DNA of 64,000 bases from an uncultured Gemmatimonadales bacterium (lineage in GTDB: Bacteria > Gemmatimonadota > Gemmatimonadetes > Gemmatimonadales > GWC2-71-9), in contig CAWCFX010000004.1 in the NCBI GenBank assembly GCA_963795085.1, positions 704,001 through 768,000 on the forward strand, in the 5' to 3' direction. Shown here in pieces: positions 29,240 to 39,622 of the stretch. A program made the position numbers and the translations under genes. How positions within the stretch are numbered: position 1 is the first letter of the stretch; each line of letters starts with the position of its first letter. Below the pieces are notes generated by a model. That model had not been told where the DNA came from. It saw only the letters and a program-made list of their open reading frames with translations, and ran no database searches.

Positions 29240-30406
29240 TCACATTCGGTACCGCTCCACCCGCTGGAACCCGTCCTCGTCCACCGCGAGGAGATACACC
29301 GCCGCCCGGCCCACCGCAAGCAACCTCCGCCCGGCGGGCAGCCGGACGCTCCGGATGCGCGACCCGGTGTGGTCGAAGACGTCCCACTCGCTTGCCGCCC
29401 CGAATGGAACCGATCGCTCGACCCACAGCCGGCCGTCGGGTGCCAGGATCGGCGCGGCATCGGTGATCGGCGCCTTCATGGTGCCGAACTTGTTCTGCTC
29501 GACCATCCTCGTCACCTCGGCCTCGGAGCGCATGTCCGCGGGCAGGTTGCTCTCCCCGCTGGGCGCCGAGCCGGGCCCCCCGCGCCCCCCGATGGTGGCG
29601 GCTTCGAGGAAGCGGCGCACGTAGGCCACCTTGTCGGGACGGGTGACCGGCAGGCTCGGGGTGCGCACCGGCGCTCCGGTGATCGCGGGTCGCCCGGACT
29701 CGTCCCACCATTCCACGTGATAATCGTTGCTGCGCACCAGGACCAGGCGTCCCTCGCGGGTCACGCTCCAGCCGTCCTCGGGGGTAAAGGGAATGTAGGG
29801 CAGCCCGAACTTGCGGGGCCCCGGATCGGCGGCCTGCACGACCCAGGTGAGGACCTGGCCGCGTGCGGCCCCCTCGCGGGGATCCACCCGCACCACCGGC
29901 ACCGAGTCGCCCCGGCGGCCATAGCTCTCCGATGCCCAGCGCGGAATCTGCAGATACATCCGGCCGCGCTGGTCCACGGCGCGGGGCGCCAGGGTGGTCG
30001 GTACCCCGGGAAGGCCGAGGGTGAAACTGCGCGCGATCCGAAGATCGGGCCCGATGATGGCGAGCCGGTTGTTGCCTCCATCGTTGAGCAGGATCGAGTC
30101 CCCGGTCCACGGGATGAGTCGCCCGGGCAGGCGGTATTCTCCGGGGCCGGAACCCTTGCCCCCGATGGGGGTGGTGTTGCCCGCCGTGAAGTCAACTACG
30201 ACCAGCCGTTCCTCGCCGCGGTCGCTGACCAAAGCGCGTCCGTCGCGAAGTTCGAGAAAGCCGGCAACCTGGGTGAACTCGGCCGGCAGTACCCGGTCCG
30301 GCCGAGCCAGGGTCGTGAGCGGCGGATCACCCCGCTGAGCCAGGGCGGGGAGGAGGGCCAGGGACAGGAGACCGGCCACGAGGAGAGCGGATGACGTGAG
30401 GCGCAC
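29240..30406 (-). CDS. Secreted 6-bladed beta-propeller (NHL-like) protein
   Basis: Signal peptide, GGKGSGPGEY, DGRLWV, C-terminal DEDGFQRVERY; GTG start inferred. Confidence 0.78.
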   Translation of the reverse strand: MRLTSSALLVAGLLSLALLPALAQRGDPPLTTLARPDRVLPAEFTQVAGFLELRDGRALVSDRGEERLVVVDFTAGNTTPIGGKGSGPGEYRLPGRLIPWTGDSILLNDGGNNRLAIIGPDLRIARSFTLGLPGVPTTLAPRAVDQRGRMYLQIPRWASESYGRRGDSVPVVRVDPREGAARGQVLTWVVQAADPGPRKFGLPYIPFTPEDGWSVTREGRLVLVRSNDYHVEWWDESGRPAITGAPVRTPSLPVTRPDKVAYVRRFLEAATIGGRGGPGSAPSGESNLPADMRSEAEVTRMVEQNKFGTMKAPITDAAPILAPDGRLWVERSVPFGAASEWDVFDHTGSRIRSVRLPAGRRLLAVGRAAVYLLAVDEDGFQRVERYRM

Positions 30407-30602
30407 GGTTATGCCCAAGTGGGAGATGCCGGGTGGATGTGCCGATCGTGCAAAGCGTCGCATGGGACAAGGCCGGTACCGGCTGGCCTCCTTCCCTGGT
30501 GCCATGGGCTGATTCCGGGTGCGGGCGCTGGCCCGACGCCCCCGCGCTGCCCTACATTCATGGTTCCGCCACGATGTTCAACGCTTTTGCCCGGAGGGTC
30601 CC

Positions 30603-31037
30603 ATGCGAATGCTCGCCCTTGCGCTGGCCGCCGCCGTTCTGCCCCTCGCGCGGACCGCCGAGGCCCAGGTCGTCCTGCCGGCGACGACCCACTGGGACAT
30701 CGAATGGCGGAATCCCGAAGGGCACTTCTACACCGCCGACCTCCTGCTGCAGACAACCGGGAACAAGGTCGAAGGCGCTTTCACCTGGACTCTCCGCGCG
30801 TCGCCCCGGGCGGAGGAGCAGGGCAAGATCGGGCTCACCGGAGTGGAGCGTTTCCAGGGGATATATGATGTTCATTCCGGCACGCTGATCTTCGACGGAC
30901 TCACCCTGGAGGATCCCAACACCATCCTCGGCCTGGACCAGTACCGGTTGCTGGTAAGCCCCGGGGCCCGGCGGATCCTGGGCATGACCTCGCACGGTGG
31001 CGCCTGGACGGGGGAGCTGAAGGGAGAGCGGAGGTAG
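30603..31037 (+). CDS. Secreted hypothetical protein ('gene A', paralog of 37751-38182)
   Basis: Signal peptide, GGAGG RBS; strong similarity to 37751-38182 (WTLRASPRAEEQGK.GLTGVE). Confidence 0.8.
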   Translation: MRMLALALAAAVLPLARTAEAQVVLPATTHWDIEWRNPEGHFYTADLLLQTTGNKVEGAFTWTLRASPRAEEQGKIGLTGVERFQGIYDVHSGTLIFDGLTLEDPNTILGLDQYRLLVSPGARRILGMTSHGGAWTGELKGERR

Positions 31038-31085
31038 ATCCCGAAACCGCATCCCTCGCAGGCCGTATGAAGTCTCCAGCGACGC

Positions 31086-31415
31086 AACCAGCCCGGCACT
31101 CAACACGTGGACCAGGCGGTGCCCCAAATGGGCTATGTCTCCGGCGCGTCGGACCTGCTGCCGGCGGCCGTGGGATTCAAGGCAGGGGATGTCTACATCG
31201 CGCGTCTGGCACCGGACATGGAGACCGCCGAGGACCGGATCTTCTCGGTAATCGGGAAGGAAGGATGATGGTCGGGGGGGCCGAGTGGGAAGCCTGGCGG
31301 GTGGAAGAGCGGTGAGTCCGATCGCTCCATGGTGGCGATCTGGCCTGACCGATGTCTCGCCCTACATGGTAGCGGGCGATTCCTACCTGGCCCCGAGCAG
31401 ATCAACAAGATGAGG
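31086..31415 (+). pseudogene. Decayed 3' half of 'gene B' (33741-34493)
   Basis: Aligns by eye to ~34140-34478 with several indels and no 5' half. Confidence 0.8.
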
Positions 31416-31531
31416 CAGGACAGCAGGACGGTAGGGCGGTATGAGTGGGCGGCGAGCGATCGCCGCTCACTTTTCATTCCTGATTGTCGTTTCGTGATGG
31501 CGCGGTCCGTCCAGGCTCAGGTGAAAGGTTC

Positions 31532-33505
31532 ATGCGAAGATTCCGGCTTCCCCTCCTGCTTTTGCTGGCGGTCCCATCGTGCCGGGCGTCCGGTCCTCCA
31601 GGGCAGGAGGTCGAGTTCTTTCTCCGCGGCCGGGCTGTCGGCGCCGAGCGGGTGGTCTACCGGAACCCGGCGGGGGACTCGCTGGAGGTGGAAACGAACC
31701 TCAAGGCTGGATCGGGGATTGCGCTGAGCACCAGCATGAAGCTGGACCCGGCTGGCCGGATCGTCGTCGCCGCCGCGTCGGGCCAGGCTTGGCCCTGGCT
31801 GGAGGTAACGCCGGAGCGGGCAGGCCCTTTCCCGCTCTATCGTCTGACCGACGGGGTCCGGCGCTTTGCCGCGGGAGACAGCGTCGGCCGTGGGGAAACG
31901 ATCCAGCGATGCGAGGATCCGGATCGAGGCGCGCCGGCTCGCAGCGAGGATCTCGCCGGCGAGTGTTTCAGCGTTCGCGAGGCCACCTGGGGCCAGGTGC
32001 TGGTCTGGATCGACGATGACCGGCTGGTCGCCGCGGCCATCCCCACGGCGTTCGGCCTGGTCATCGCGCTTCCCGCGGGCCACGCACCACGGCTGGCGAC
32101 GGTGCTCGCTGCGGCCGCGCGGCAGGGAACGGCGGCGCCTGGTAATCTCCCGGATCTTCCGGCCGAGCCGCTGCTCGTTCGCGACGTCAGGGTCATCGTG
32201 GGTGACGGCACCCCTCCGCGTGAACAACAGGACGTCTATATCGAAGATGGCCGGATCAGGGCGCTGGGCCCGGCCGGTTCGTTGGGTGACCTGCCGGCCG
32301 GGGTCGCGACCCTCGACGGCACGGGCCGAACACTCCTGCCCGGCTTGTGGGACATGCATGCCCACCTGAAGCAGGTGGAATGGCTCCCGGCCTATCTCGC
32401 CGCCGGAGTCACCACCGTTCGCGACCTGGGCAACGACCAGCCATATCTCCTCGGCCTCAGAGCAAGCGTGACCGCGCGACCCTGGATCGGGCCGGCGATC
32501 CTGGCCGCCGGCTGGATCGATGGTCCCGGCACCTCGCACCCGGCCACCGACACCGCGGGAACTCCCGCGGAAGCTCGCCGGCTGGTCCGCCGGTATCACG
32601 CGGCGGGATACCAGCAGGTCAAGGTGTGGAATTACCTCTCTCCCCGACTGCTCCCCGAAGTGACCGACGAGGCTCACCGGCTCGGCATGACGGTGACCGG
32701 GCACGTCCCGTCCGGCATGACGCTCCGTGACGCCGTCACCGATGGCCTGGACCAGGTCAATCACGTCACGTTCGTGGACCAGGACGACGTCGAGACTTTG
32801 GCACGGGCTGGAACGGTGGTGGACCCGACCCTGGTGGTTCCGGCCTACGGCGCCAGGTACCGGGGCGAGCCCATGGCGGCGTTCGAGCCCTGCGCGGCCA
32901 GGATGCCGGCCGAGGTGGTCGAGGTCTGGGAGCGGCTGGGGGCCGAAGCCCGGGACACCGCGGCGGCGACGCGTCAGCTGGAGAATGCGAAAGCCACCGT
33001 GCTCCGCCTGCACCGGGCGGGTGTTTCGCTGGTGGCGGGGAGCGACCAGGGGTTACCCGGCTGCACGCTGCTCAAGGAGCTGGAGCTGTACGTGGCCGCC
33101 GGCCTGACTCCGCTCGAGGCGATCGCCACCGCCACCGCCATCCCGGCCCGGGTGAGCGGGCTCGAGCAGGAAGTGGGCACCGTGTCCCCCGGCAAGCGAG
33201 CCGACCTCCTGCTGGTGGAGGGGAATCCGGCGGAGAACATCAACGACTTGAGGAGAGCGGTCAGCGTGATCCGGGCCGGCCGGCGACTGGACCCGGAGGC
33301 CCAGTGGTGCGCGGCGTTTTGCGGTGCGGAGAGGCGTCAAGTCAGCCAGCCGGTCGCCGGAGGGGGAAGACCGGCATGGCCCCGGGGCGCTCGTCGGGGT
33401 ACGTGGAGCCGTCCGCACATGGCCGGAAGTCGGGGCCACGATTTTCCAGCCTTCACCGGGGAGCTTCTCATACGAATGCCCAGTCTCGCGCTTTGCTGCA
33501 GGTGA
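31532..33505 (+). CDS. Secreted metal-dependent amidohydrolase
   Basis: LPGLWDMHAH, GVTTVRD, GH, AGSD, PGKRADL; the last ~60 aa look like an unrelated tail. Confidence 0.88.
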   Translation: MRRFRLPLLLLLAVPSCRASGPPGQEVEFFLRGRAVGAERVVYRNPAGDSLEVETNLKAGSGIALSTSMKLDPAGRIVVAAASGQAWPWLEVTPERAGPFPLYRLTDGVRRFAAGDSVGRGETIQRCEDPDRGAPARSEDLAGECFSVREATWGQVLVWIDDDRLVAAAIPTAFGLVIALPAGHAPRLATVLAAAARQGTAAPGNLPDLPAEPLLVRDVRVIVGDGTPPREQQDVYIEDGRIRALGPAGSLGDLPAGVATLDGTGRTLLPGLWDMHAHLKQVEWLPAYLAAGVTTVRDLGNDQPYLLGLRASVTARPWIGPAILAAGWIDGPGTSHPATDTAGTPAEARRLVRRYHAAGYQQVKVWNYLSPRLLPEVTDEAHRLGMTVTGHVPSGMTLRDAVTDGLDQVNHVTFVDQDDVETLARAGTVVDPTLVVPAYGARYRGEPMAAFEPCAARMPAEVVEVWERLGAEARDTAAATRQLENAKATVLRLHRAGVSLVAGSDQGLPGCTLLKELELYVAAGLTPLEAIATATAIPARVSGLEQEVGTVSPGKRADLLLVEGNPAENINDLRRAVSVIRAGRRLDPEAQWCAAFCGAERRQVSQPVAGGGRPAWPRGARRGTWSRPHMAGSRGHDFPAFTGELLIRMPSLALCCR

Positions 33506-33649
33506 CCGGGAGCAAGGCGGAGGCGCGTTCACCTGGATGACCCTCCGCCTTCCCCCCCACGGCTGGTGAGCCCCGGGGCCCGGCGGATCCTGGGCATGAC
33601 CTCGCACGGTGGCGCCTGGATGGGGGAGCTGAAGGGAGAGCGGAGGTAG
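33468..33649 (+). pseudogene. Internally deleted remnant of 'gene A'
   Basis: Start mutated (ATA CGA ATG); 33562-33662 matches 30950-31050 with 2 mismatches. Confidence 0.82.
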
Positions 33650-33740
33650 ATCCCGAAACCGCTCCCGCCCGGTTCCGTATGGAGACCCCAGCGACCGTTT
33701 CCCCATTTCGTTGCCTTTCGAGACCTTCCGGAGGTTCGCC

Positions 33741-34493
33741 ATGCCCTTCGCTCCCCTCCTTCTCCTGTGCCTTGCGGCTCCCGCGCCGGGCGGACACGCG
33801 GCGGACACGACGCGCATCGAAATCGGGTCTCGGCTGGTCAACGGCAGCGTTTACAAGCCGCACCGCGCCCGGGTGCGCGTGCACCTCAACTCGCTCGACA
33901 CCCCGCCCACCAATGAATGGACCAACGAGCTCACCATCGGCGACTCGGCCGGCCGCAAGGTCATGCGCTGGGTGACGCTGGGGCAGTTCGACTCCACCCG
34001 GACGGCGGGCTTCGAGCTGCGGCAGACCTACGACCTGGTCACCCTGGCGCCGATGGGCTACAACCTGAAGACCCGGACCGGCACCGCGATCTCCCTGGCC
34101 ATCTCCGGAAACCGCATGCGCGGCACCCGAAAGCTGGCCAACCAGGCCGACACCCAGCACGTGGACCAGGCCGTCCCCCGGCTGGGGTTCTTCGCCGGGG
34201 CCTCCGACCTGCTCCCGGCGGCCGTGGGGTTCAAGGCCGGGGACGTCTACATCGCGCCGGTCTGGAGCCCGACGTCGGAGGCGGAAAACCGGATCTTCTC
34301 GGTCATTGGGAAGGAACGGATGATGGTGGAGGGGCAGGAATGGGAGGTCTGGCGGGTCGAGGAGCGAAAGGAGTCGGATCGCACACTGGCCGCCACCTGG
34401 TTCCTGACCGACGTCTCTCCCTACATGGTGGCGGGTGAAGCCTATCTCCCCAACGGCCAGGTCCAGAAGATGACGGAGATCGCCCTTCCCTGA
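33741..34493 (+). CDS. Secreted hypothetical protein ('gene B', possibly DUF3108-like)
   Basis: GGAGG RBS, signal peptide, beta-rich sequence with typical codon bias. Confidence 0.8.
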   Translation: MPFAPLLLLCLAAPAPGGHAADTTRIEIGSRLVNGSVYKPHRARVRVHLNSLDTPPTNEWTNELTIGDSAGRKVMRWVTLGQFDSTRTAGFELRQTYDLVTLAPMGYNLKTRTGTAISLAISGNRMRGTRKLANQADTQHVDQAVPRLGFFAGASDLLPAAVGFKAGDVYIAPVWSPTSEAENRIFSVIGKERMMVEGQEWEVWRVEERKESDRTLAATWFLTDVSPYMVAGEAYLPNGQVQKMTEIALP

Positions 34494-34612
34494 AGAACAG
34501 CGGCGGCATAAACACGGCGGTAGAACAGCGGCGGTAGAAGAGCGGCGGTAGAACCCAGTTTTCCGCCCGTTTTCTACCGCCGCTCTTCTACCGCCCTTTT
34601 GTCTACCGCCCT
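34494..34612. repeat. Head-to-head 13-14 bp arrays (GGCGGTAGAASAGC)n ... (TTCTACCGCC)n
   Basis: Perfect 24-bp inverted repeat 34530-34553/34572-34595; begins at the stop at 34493. Confidence 0.9.
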
Positions 34613-34669
34613 TATTAGCCAGTTCTTGCGTTTTCCCGCCCCGGAGGCATCTTATCAGGCCCAGCCTAC

Positions 34670-34915
34670 ATGGAGGCCCTTGTGCATCGAGGCCAGATTG
34701 AAGCGCTCAAGCGGGCCGAGCGGGAAGCGGCGGAGCGGGTCCTGGAGGCATCGCGAGCGGAGCCGTTCGACGCCACCCGGCATCGCTCGGCGGTGCTCGA
34801 ATGGCAATCGGCGCGGATCGCGCTCCGGAGCGTCGGGATCGAGGTGAGCCGGAGCGAACCGGGTCCCGTCCGCCGAAGCCGGTCCGGCACGCCGCGGGAG
34901 GGCGCAGGCCGTTGA
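34670..34915 (+). CDS. Small hypothetical protein
   Basis: ATG ORF whose TGA overlaps the next ATG (TGATG); no recognisable motif. Confidence 0.45.
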   Translation: MEALVHRGQIEALKRAEREAAERVLEASRAEPFDATRHRSAVLEWQSARIALRSVGIEVSRSEPGPVRRSRSGTPREGAGR

Positions 34916-35394
34916 TGAAGCGGATCCTCCAGTCACTGCTGATTGGTTTTTTCCTGTTGTCGCCGTGCTGGAGTTCCGCCGAGGCTCAGCTGGGGTCTCG
35001 ACGCACCCTCACCCTCGACGCGGCCAAGACCATGGTCGCGGCGGCGGAGGAAGAGGCGCGGGCGAACGGCTGGAAGCTGGTGATCGTCGTGGTGGACGAA
35101 TCGGGGAACCTGCTGCTACTCCACCGGATGGACGGGGTCCAGCTGGGGAGTCTCCAGATTGCCCAGGCCAAGGCGCGCACCGCGGCGCTCTACCGGCGCC
35201 CCACGAAGGATTTTGCCGACCGGGTGGCCGGCGGTAACCTGACGACCCTGGCGCTGCCGGAGGTGATGCCGCTGGAGGGGGGCCTGCCCATCGTGGTGGA
35301 TGGCGAGGTCATCGGCGCCATGGCCGCCAGCGGCGCCACCGGGGCGCAGGACGCCCAGGCCGTCCAGAAGGGGATCGCCGCCCTCTCCCCGTGA
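34915..35394 (+). CDS. Secreted GlcG/HbpS-family heme-binding protein
   Basis: VVVDESG..RMDG, AQAKARTAA, GGLPI..GAMAASG..QD. Confidence 0.88.
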   Translation: MKRILQSLLIGFFLLSPCWSSAEAQLGSRRTLTLDAAKTMVAAAEEEARANGWKLVIVVVDESGNLLLLHRMDGVQLGSLQIAQAKARTAALYRRPTKDFADRVAGGNLTTLALPEVMPLEGGLPIVVDGEVIGAMAASGATGAQDAQAVQKGIAALSP

Positions 35395-35513
35395 ATCCAA
35401 CCTTCAAGTCCCTAAATCTCTGAATCACTAAATGACAAAGACCCTCTGCCCCACGCAGAAGGTCCTTTGCCACCCACACAGTTTCCCATGACTGCACCAT
35501 CTCCCTTCTCCGG

Positions 35514-36691
35514 ATGACACTCACTCAATGGCGGGCGGATACGCCCGCCACGGCCACCATCTGTCACCTCAACAACGCCGGGGCCGGCCTGATGCCGGCG
35601 CCCGTCCTCCAGGCGATCACCGATCACCTTGCCCTCGAAGCCCGGGTCGGCGGGTACGAAGCGGCAGAAGGCCGGGCCGAAGCCCTCGAGCGGGCCTATG
35701 CCTCCCTCGGCCGGCTCCTCGGCGCCGATCCCCGTCACCTCGCGGTGGTAGAGAACGCCACGGTCGGCTTCTGGCAGGCGCTCGACGCGTTCGATCTCCA
35801 GCCTGGCGACCGGATTCTCACCACGGTGAACGAGTACGCCTCCTACCGGATCACCTGGCTTGCGCTGGCCCGGCGGATCGGCGTGGAGGTAGTGACCGCG
35901 CGGGAGCTGCCGGAGGGGGGCGCCGACCCCAATGACTGGCGCCGGCAGCTGGCGCATCCCCTGACCCGGTTCGCCACGATCTGCTGGTCCCCGACCAACT
36001 CGGGGATCCTTCAGGATGTTCCCCGCCTGGTCGCGCTGGCCCGGGAGGCCGGGGTTCCCTCGCACGTGGACGCCTGCCAGGCGGTGGGCCAGGTTGCCAT
36101 CGACTGCGCGGCGCTGGGCTGTGATTTCCTGAGCGGCACCGGCCGGAAGTTTCTCCGCGGTCCCCGCGGCATCGGCTTCCTGTATGTCTCCGGTGAGGTC
36201 CTCGGTGCCGGGCGGTATCCCCGGCACCTCGACGGCCGCGGTGCCACCTGGACCGAGGCGCAGGAGTTCACGCTCGACCCGACCGCCCGGCGGTTCGAGA
36301 ACTGGGAGTTTCCCTATGCCCTGGTGCTGGGACTGGGGGCCGCCGCCGACTACGCCCTCGGCGTCGGCATGGAGAAGGCCAGCGGGCGGGCGCGCCGGCT
36401 GGCGGCCGAGGCCCGTCGCCGCCTGGCGGAGATTCCGGGAATCTCGGTGATGGACCGGGAGAGAGGCTCGGTGCCATCGTGAGCCTGGCGGCGGCAGGAT
36501 GGGACGCCGGTGACCTGGTTATCTCGCTGCGACGCCAGGGGATCAACACCAGTGCCACCAGCCGCGACTGGGCGCTCCTCGACATGGACCGGAAAGGCGT
36601 CGGGAGTACTCTGCGGGTTTCCCCCCATTACTACAACACCGAAGAGGAGCTGGACCGGCTGGCGGGGGCACTCGCGGCCCTGGCCAGGTGA
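35514..36691 (+). CDS. Class V aminotransferase (cysteine desulfurase/C-S lyase-like), 1-nt frameshift at ~36458
   Basis: HLNNAGAG, DACQ, TGRKFLRGPRG; C-terminal LRVSPHYYNT lies in ORF 36479-36691. Confidence 0.87.
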
Positions 36692-36746
36692 CCGAAACCT
36701 CGCCGATCCGCGTGACGTACAGTCGCCACAATCAACGGGAGCCAGC

Positions 36747-37382
36747 ATGCGGACACGGTGGATGATCGCCCTCGCGGGGGCGGCAATCGCGGGTGTTCCT
36801 GCCGCCGCCAGCGGGCAGAGTCGCCATGGCGATCGGCCGGTGATGGACCGGGTCACCGAGATCGCGCTGGCCCGGAGCGCGGCCCCGGCGGCGGTGAGCG
36901 AGAAGGCCCGGATCTGGGTCTGGACCGGGCAGCGGTATGCGGTGGCTGATTCGGGAACCAGCTCGGTTCAGTGCTTCCTGGCCCGCCTCTGGGTTCCTTC
37001 GGTCGAGCCGCACTGCTTCGACGAAGAAGGAGCCGCCACCATCCTCCCGGTCCTGATGCGCCGGGTGGAGCTCTATGCCCAGGGCCGGCCCGACTCGCTG
37101 GTCGAGCGGGAGATCGCCCGGGGATTGGCCGGAGGGACGTTTCGCCTTCCCCGCCGCCCGGCGGTGACCTACATGATGTCGGCCGAGCAGAAGCTGGTGA
37201 ACGGGGAAGGAGTCGCGGTCGGCCCGTGGCAGCCCCACCTCATGATCTACTATCCCAACCTGACCGGGGCCCAGACCGGCCTCGCCGGCTTTGTACCCGG
37301 CGTCGGGTTCGTGGAGAATCCCGGGCAACCGATGTCCGCCCTGGTCGTTCCTCTCACTTCGTTCGTCGCGGTCGCGCAATAG
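36747..37382 (+). CDS. Secreted hypothetical protein
   Basis: Signal peptide; ALARSAAP, YMMS, PHLMIYYP; GGAG RBS. Confidence 0.75.
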   Translation: MRTRWMIALAGAAIAGVPAAASGQSRHGDRPVMDRVTEIALARSAAPAAVSEKARIWVWTGQRYAVADSGTSSVQCFLARLWVPSVEPHCFDEEGAATILPVLMRRVELYAQGRPDSLVEREIARGLAGGTFRLPRRPAVTYMMSAEQKLVNGEGVAVGPWQPHLMIYYPNLTGAQTGLAGFVPGVGFVENPGQPMSALVVPLTSFVAVAQ

Positions 37383-37412
37383 CTGCGCGCCCCGCTACGA
37401 GCTGCAGCAAAC

Positions 37413-37583
37413 CTACGACACCGATCGTTCCAGGCTGGCCGTGCCATAGTGCCGGGAGAACACGACCTCGTGTCCCCCCGCCACGCTGACCGCCACGCCG
37501 GGGATTCCCCGCTCGGCCATGGCCTCGCGGACGATGGAATCCACCGCGGGATCCTGCGGAGAGGAGCCCGCGGAGAGCGAGCA
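37413..37583 (-). pseudogene. N-terminal fragment of a serine hydrolase
   Basis: VDSIVREAMAERGIPGVAVSVAGGHEVVFSRHYGTA, then a stop before any SxxK motif. Confidence 0.6.
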
Positions 37584-37750
37584 TGGGAGCAGTCCTGCAA
37601 TGGTAGGTTGGAGGCAAGCTGGCCGGCCGTGCTGAGCGCGGAAGCCGTGCGCTTCCTCTGGCCCCGGGACGCTCGAACGGGGTATGTTGGAGTCGCCCTC
37701 CATCGGGCCGGAAGTCCCAGCCACGATTCTCAGCCTCCCGGGAGCTTCTC

Positions 37751-38182
37751 ATGCGAATCCTCAGCCTCGCGCTGGCGGCCGTGCTGTTCCTTGCGCCCGG
37801 CGCCGAGGCGCAGGACGTGCTTCCCGCCACGACCCAGTGGGATGTCGAGTGGCGGAACCCCGACGGGTATTTCTACACGGCCGATTTCCGGCTGCTGGTC
37901 GCCGGGAGCAATGTGACGGGGGTCTGCACCTGGACCCTCCGGGCATCTCCCCGGGCGGAGGAGCAGGGCAAGGTCGGCCTCACCGGCGTCGAGTACGTGG
38001 AAGGAACCTACGATGCCCAGGGCGGCACGTTGTTCTTCAACGGGCTTCGGCTGGAGGACCCCAACGCCGTCCTCGGCATGGACCAGTACCGTCTCCTGGT
38101 GAGCCCCGGGGCCGCACGCATGGCGGGCATGACCTCGAATGGCGGAAGCTGGACCGGAGAACTGAAAGGCGCACGAAAGTAG
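37751..38182 (+). CDS. Secreted hypothetical protein ('gene A' paralog)
   Basis: Signal peptide; collinear with 30603-31037. Confidence 0.8.
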   Translation: MRILSLALAAVLFLAPGAEAQDVLPATTQWDVEWRNPDGYFYTADFRLLVAGSNVTGVCTWTLRASPRAEEQGKVGLTGVEYVEGTYDAQGGTLFFNGLRLEDPNAVLGMDQYRLLVSPGAARMAGMTSNGGSWTGELKGARK

Positions 38183-38275
38183 CAAGGCAACCGGGGGCCG
38201 GGGACTGGCGACATTGAACGCGGAAGGTATTTTCTCCCAGCCCCCGGCACCCCTTCACCCGCCACCCGCCCGTCC

Positions 38276-39622
38276 ATGACTGAAACCATCGAACGCTGGA
38301 ACGCCGCCCTCAACGGTCTCGTCTGGGGCCCGCCCATGCTGATCCTCCTGGTCGGCACCGGGCTCCTCCTCACCGTCATCACCGGCGGCATCCAGTTCCG
38401 CCACCTGGGCACCGCCCTGGGCGAGGTGCTGGGCAAGCTCCGGCAGAAGACCACCGACGCCGGTAGTGTCACTCCCTTCCAGGCCGTCGCCACCGCGCTG
38501 GCCTCCACGGTCGGGGTCGGCAACATCGCCGGCGTGGCCACCGCGATTTTCATCGGCGGGCCGGGCGCCCTCTTCTGGCTCTGGGTCTCCGGCATCCTCG
38601 GCATGGCCACCAAGTTCAGCGAGATCGTGGTGGCACTGCACTACCGGGAACCCGATGCCTCCGGCACCATGCGGGGCGGCGCCATGTACACCCTCAAGAA
38701 GCTGGGCCTGCCGTGGCTGGGCGCCGCGTTCGCGCTGCTGACCGGGCTCGCCGCGTTCGGCATCGGCAACATGGTGCAGGCCAACTCGGTGGCCCAGGTG
38801 CTCGGCGCATCGTTCGGAATCTCCGCGCCGGTGGTGGGCATCATTCTTATCGTCGTCACCGGCGCGGTCATCCTCGGCGGCATCAAGCGCATCGCCCAGG
38901 TCACCGAGTACATGGTGCCGTTCATGGCGCTCTTCTACCTGGCCGGCGGCATCATCATTCTCATCCTGCGGGCCGGCGAAGTGCCCGCCGCCCTCGCCGC
39001 GGTGTTCGAAGGCGCCTTCAGCGGGAGTGCGGCCGCGGGCGGCTTCGCCGGCAGCACCATCATGATGGCCATGCGCTTCGGGATCGCCCGGGGACTCTTC
39101 TCCAACGAGGCCGGCCTGGGGAGCGCTCCCATGGTCCACGCCGCCGCGAAGACCGACCACCCGGTGCGGCAGGGCCTCTACGGCATCTTCGAAGTGTTCG
39201 TGGACACCGTGCTGATCTGCACCGTGACCGGCCTGGTCATCCTGGTCACCGGGGTGTGGACCGGGGGCGCGACCGGCGCCGAACTGTCGTCCCAGGCGTT
39301 CGCCGTCGGGCTCCCGGGGACCTGGGGCCACATCGTCGTCACCACCGGCCTGGTCCTGTTCGCCTACTCGACGATCATCGGGTGGAGTTACTACGGAGAA
39401 ACCGGGATGGTCTACCTCTTCGGCCCCCGGGCCACCCTGCCGTACCGCATCGCCTGGCTGGCGTTCATCTACCTCGGCGCCACCGGGTCGCTGCACCTGG
39501 TCTGGAACATCGCCGACACGCTCAATGGCCTCATGGCCATTCCCAACCTGGTCGCTGTCCTGATGTCGCTGGGCCTCCTGCGCCGGCTGATCCGGGAATT
39601 CTTCGAGCGCAAAGACGCCTGA
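38276..39622 (+). CDS. Alanine/glycine:cation symporter (AGCS family)
   Basis: VGVGNIAGVATAI..GGPGALFW, RGLFSNEAGLGS, MAIPNL. Confidence 0.93.
   Translation: MTETIERWNAALNGLVWGPPMLILLVGTGLLLTVITGGIQFRHLGTALGEVLGKLRQKTTDAGSVTPFQAVATALASTVGVGNIAGVATAIFIGGPGALFWLWVSGILGMATKFSEIVVALHYREPDASGTMRGGAMYTLKKLGLPWLGAAFALLTGLAAFGIGNMVQANSVAQVLGASFGISAPVVGIILIVVTGAVILGGIKRIAQVTEYMVPFMALFYLAGGIIILILRAGEVPAALAAVFEGAFSGSAAAGGFAGSTIMMAMRFGIARGLFSNEAGLGSAPMVHAAAKTDHPVRQGLYGIFEVFVDTVLICTVTGLVILVTGVWTGGATGAELSSQAFAVGLPGTWGHIVVTTGLVLFAYSTIIGWSYYGETGMVYLFGPRATLPYRIAWLAFIYLGATGSLHLVWNIADTLNGLMAIPNLVAVLMSLGLLRRLIREFFERKDA

Noticed and set aside
35408..35436. Degenerate 8-bp repeat (CCCTAAAT/CTCTGAAT/CACTAAAT)
   Set aside because: Only three imperfect units; too weak to call, though possibly a decayed array.
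38183..38275. Glycine riboswitch ahead of the AGCS symporter
   Set aside because: Gap is only ~90 nt and lacks the GGAGA...CAGG aptamer signature.
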